Source of the DNA: Acidimicrobiales bacterium
GTDB lineage: Bacteria > Actinomycetota > Acidimicrobiia > Acidimicrobiales > Bog-793
Assembly (NCBI GenBank): GCA_030037405.1
Contig: JASHRK010000233.1
Span: 1 to 34,786 of the forward strand
Reading direction: 5' to 3'
Length of the DNA stretch: 34,786 nt
Positions 32,718 to 34,786 of this stretch are shown here, in pieces (within the stretch, counting starts at the first letter, position 1; every line of letters starts with the position of its first letter). The notes beneath the pieces were generated by a model. The model had not been told where the DNA came from. It was given only the letters and a program-made list of their open reading frames with translations, and did no database searches. The translations under genes were made by a program, and so were the position numbers.

Positions 32718-32991
32718 GCCGGGTCCAGGTAGGTCGGGCCCAGGTCGGGTGGGCTGGGAGCACACGTGGCTACAGACAGGATCCGGCCCGCGCGACTCCG
32801 GCGGAGCGCCGCGGACGGCTCCCCGGCTCGGAACGAGGTCAGCGTGGAGATGACCGGTGCCGCTGCTCGCGCCGGTTGATGATGAGGCGGATCAGCTTCC
32901 GGATGAGGTACGCCACGTCACCTGCTTAGCGCACGCGAGACGTCCATGCGCGCCGCCGGCGCTCCGTGCACGCCGGCGCGGCGTCGGCGCC

Positions 32992-33450
32992 CTATCCGGG
33001 GTCCCGTCCGGCCGAGCCGAGGCCGGCACCGGCCTCCCGCCCGGCGTCGGTCGGCAACCGCTCCAGCGCGGGGATCGTGTAGCTGAAGATGGCGAGGAGC
33101 GATCCCCCCAGCATGAGGATCATGCCGAGGATCCTCACCGGGTGGACGACGGCAAGGATCCCCCCCGTTACGGCGGCGGCGACGCCTGCGACACCCAACC
33201 TCGCCATCAGGCGGTAGAGCCCGGGTGTCTGGTTCACGTACAGCCAGAAGGCCATCGCGAGAAGCCCGAGCGGGAAGCCGACCGCTGCATGGGTGATGTA
33301 GATGGGCCCTCCCCTGTGGGGCAGGAGGCCGGTCACACGCCCGATCGGCAGCCGGAACAACGAGGCGATGCCGAGGCCGAACTCGGCCATGACGAGAGCC
33401 GCCAGCACCGCGGAGACGCGCCGGACTTGTCTCTCGAAGGCCTCGGACAC
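32992..33450 (-). CDS. Small integral membrane protein, unknown function (4 TM)
   Basis: 152 aa, VSAVLAALVMAEFGLGIASLF, AAVGFPLGLLAMAFWLYV, GVAGVAAAVTGGILAVV, ILGMILMLGGSLLAIF. Confidence 0.6.
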   Translation of the reverse strand: MSEAFERQVRRVSAVLAALVMAEFGLGIASLFRLPIGRVTGLLPHRGGPIYITHAAVGFPLGLLAMAFWLYVNQTPGLYRLMARLGVAGVAAAVTGGILAVVHPVRILGMILMLGGSLLAIFSYTIPALERLPTDAGREAGAGLGSAGRDPG

Positions 33451-33633
33451 ACGAGAAGGCTACCGGGTCTCTCCCTCGCGGGGGACATCCCCCTCGTCCG
33501 AGGAGGGCTTGAGTCCCGGGCTGGAGCACGCCGAGCGCCTATCCTGATGACACGAGCACCGGGGTCGCGAGCACCGGCGCTCGTTTGGCGCCAAAGCGCT
33601 TCGTGCAGGGCCCGAGTGGACAAGGGGTGTCAA

Positions 33634-34344
33634 GTGACCGAGGGATCCGAAGGGGTACAGCTCGACCTGACCCGCGTGCTCGCAACGGCTTCCATCCGGA
33701 TGGCGTTCCAACCGATCGTCAGTTTGAAGACCCGTGACTCGATCGGCTTCGAGGCCCTTGCCCGCTTTCCCGACGAGGCGGTCGTGTCGCCAAAGGCGTG
33801 GTTCGACGCGGCACGCGTTGAGGGGCGCACGAGCGAGCTCGAGATGCTCGCCGCACGAGCTGCGCTCGGCCACCTCGACGAGCTTCCGAGAGACGTCTTC
33901 GTCGCCCTCAACGTCTCACCGACCACCGCCTCCTCGCCCGAGCTGCAGGAGCTGCTCGAGCCCTCGGCCGAGCGGGTGGTCCTCGAGATCAAAGAAGGCG
34001 AGACGGCAACCGACGGCGCCCTCTTCACCGAACGGGTCGCGGAGCTCCGGGAGAGAGGGGTACGTATCGCCGTCGACGACGCCGGGCTCGCCGACGTCAG
34101 CCTGCGCTACACGCTCGACGTGCGACCCGACATCATCAAGCTCGACACGGACGTCACCCGCGGAGTGGATCTCGAGCCTGTCAAGCAGGCGATCGTCATG
34201 GCGTTCAGCTCGGTGGCCGCCCAGACGGGGGCGCTGAGCCTCGCAGAGGGCATCGAGACGGAACAGGAGCTGAAGATGCTCCTGTCGCTCGACGTCGAGG
34301 CAGGGCAGGGCTATCTCCTCGGACGACCGGCCTACCTCGGTTGA
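33634..34344 (+). CDS. Stand-alone EAL domain protein (putative c-di-GMP phosphodiesterase or receptor)
   Basis: 236 aa from GTG 33634 (AAGGGG 6 nt upstream; GTG 33616 is an alternative). Motifs FEALAR, ALNVS, LEIKE, AVDDAG, IKLD, AEGIET and QGY. It is the 3' part of the artefactual ORF 32857-34344. Confidence 0.85.
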   Translation: MTEGSEGVQLDLTRVLATASIRMAFQPIVSLKTRDSIGFEALARFPDEAVVSPKAWFDAARVEGRTSELEMLAARAALGHLDELPRDVFVALNVSPTTASSPELQELLEPSAERVVLEIKEGETATDGALFTERVAELRERGVRIAVDDAGLADVSLRYTLDVRPDIIKLDTDVTRGVDLEPVKQAIVMAFSSVAAQTGALSLAEGIETEQELKMLLSLDVEAGQGYLLGRPAYLG

Positions 34345-34353
34345 GCAGCTGAG

Positions 34354-34786
34354 ATGGCTCTCGGTCCCTTCGCGTCCGCCACGGAGATCGCCGCCCAAGT
34401 TCGTGCGGGCTCGCTCGACCCGAGGGAGGTCGTGCGAAGCGCCCTCGATCGGATAGCCGCCCTCGATGGCGAGCTGAACGCCTTCACGGTCGTGCTCGAA
34501 GAGGCCGCTCTGGCCGACGCCTCGGGACTCGGTGAAAAGCGTCTCGCCGGGCCGCTCGCCGGCGTCCCGCTCGCCGTGAAGGACCACGTCTGGCTGGCGG
34601 GCGCTCCGGCGACGAACGGCTCTCGTGCCTTGAGGGACTTCGTCCCCGATCTCGACTGTGTCGCCGTCGCGAGACTGCGCGAAGCGGGTGCTGTGGTCGT
34701 CGGCAAGACGAACAACCCGGAGTTCTGCTACCGGGGAGACACCAACTCTCCCGTCTACGGGCTGACGCGCAACCCCTACGACCTCT
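34354..34786 (+). CDS. Amidase signature family protein (N-terminal part; runs off the window)
   Basis: Absent from the ORF track. Reading from ATG 34354: MALGPFASATEIAAQVRAGSLDPREVVRSALDRIAALDGELNAFTVV...GPLAGVPLAVKDHVWLAGAPATNGSRAL...AGAVVVGKTNNPEFCY. This is a typical amidase N-terminus. Confidence 0.85.
   Translation, partial: MALGPFASATEIAAQVRAGSLDPREVVRSALDRIAALDGELNAFTVVLEEAALADASGLGEKRLAGPLAGVPLAVKDHVWLAGAPATNGSRALRDFVPDLDCVAVARLREAGAVVVGKTNNPEFCYRGDTNSPVYGLTRNPYDL

Noticed and set aside
1-34786. Mobile elements, prophage or defence-island signatures, CRISPR arrays and rRNA/tRNA genes
   Set aside because: No ORF resembles a transposase, integrase, recombinase, Cas, restriction or toxin-antitoxin protein. 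I saw no long terminal inverted repeats or spaced direct-repeat arrays. Composition looks uniform, with only short AT-rich promoter patches.

Overview
High-GC (roughly 70% by eye) chromosomal segment that looks actinobacterial: Mtb-type Zur and Plc, an LCP protein, GT87-like and GT-C-like membrane proteins, and leaderless-type promoters. It is densely coding, with about 33 protein genes. Two of them are cut by the window edges and are absent from the ORF track: a membrane glycosyltransferase-like gene at 1-1336 (-) and an amidase at 34354-34786 (+). I found no rRNA, tRNA, CRISPR array, transposase, integrase or prophage signature, and no recognisable defence island. Gene content in order: GT87-like membrane protein; 1-Cys peroxiredoxin; ComF-type phosphoribosyltransferase; arsR plus SRPBCC/AHSA1 pair; GT-C-like membrane protein followed by a secreted lytic transglycosylase with an extreme Thr/Pro tail; pobA; DUF885; two coupled small membrane proteins; an acyl-CoA dehydrogenase-like gene divergent from an NAD-dependent formate dehydrogenase operon (fdsG-B-A-D); an LCP protein; a cluster-9 metal ABC importer (SBP, ATPase, two permeases) whose 3' end overlaps a convergent zur; a fatty-acid hydroxylase family gene; a second ABC importer (SBP, two permeases, ATPase); a secreted NHL beta-propeller; a Tat-type phospholipase C; PadR; a small membrane protein; a stand-alone EAL protein; and the amidase. 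Many long ORFs in the track are antisense or off-frame artefacts of high GC and were rejected. No clear-cut new system is demonstrable from sequence alone. The best candidates for follow-up are: (i) the GT-C-like membrane protein plus Thr-rich lytic transglycosylase pair, a possible dedicated O-glycosylation pair; (ii) the ABC importer / NHL propeller / phospholipase C / PadR neighbourhood; and (iii) three sharply defined AT-rich regulatory elements, namely a perfect 9-7-9 palindrome upstream of the peroxiredoxin gene, a near-consensus leaderless arsR promoter wrapped in a perfect palindrome, and a leaderless metal-transporter promoter carrying non-canonical repeats. All functional calls rest on reading the translated sequences; no database search was run.
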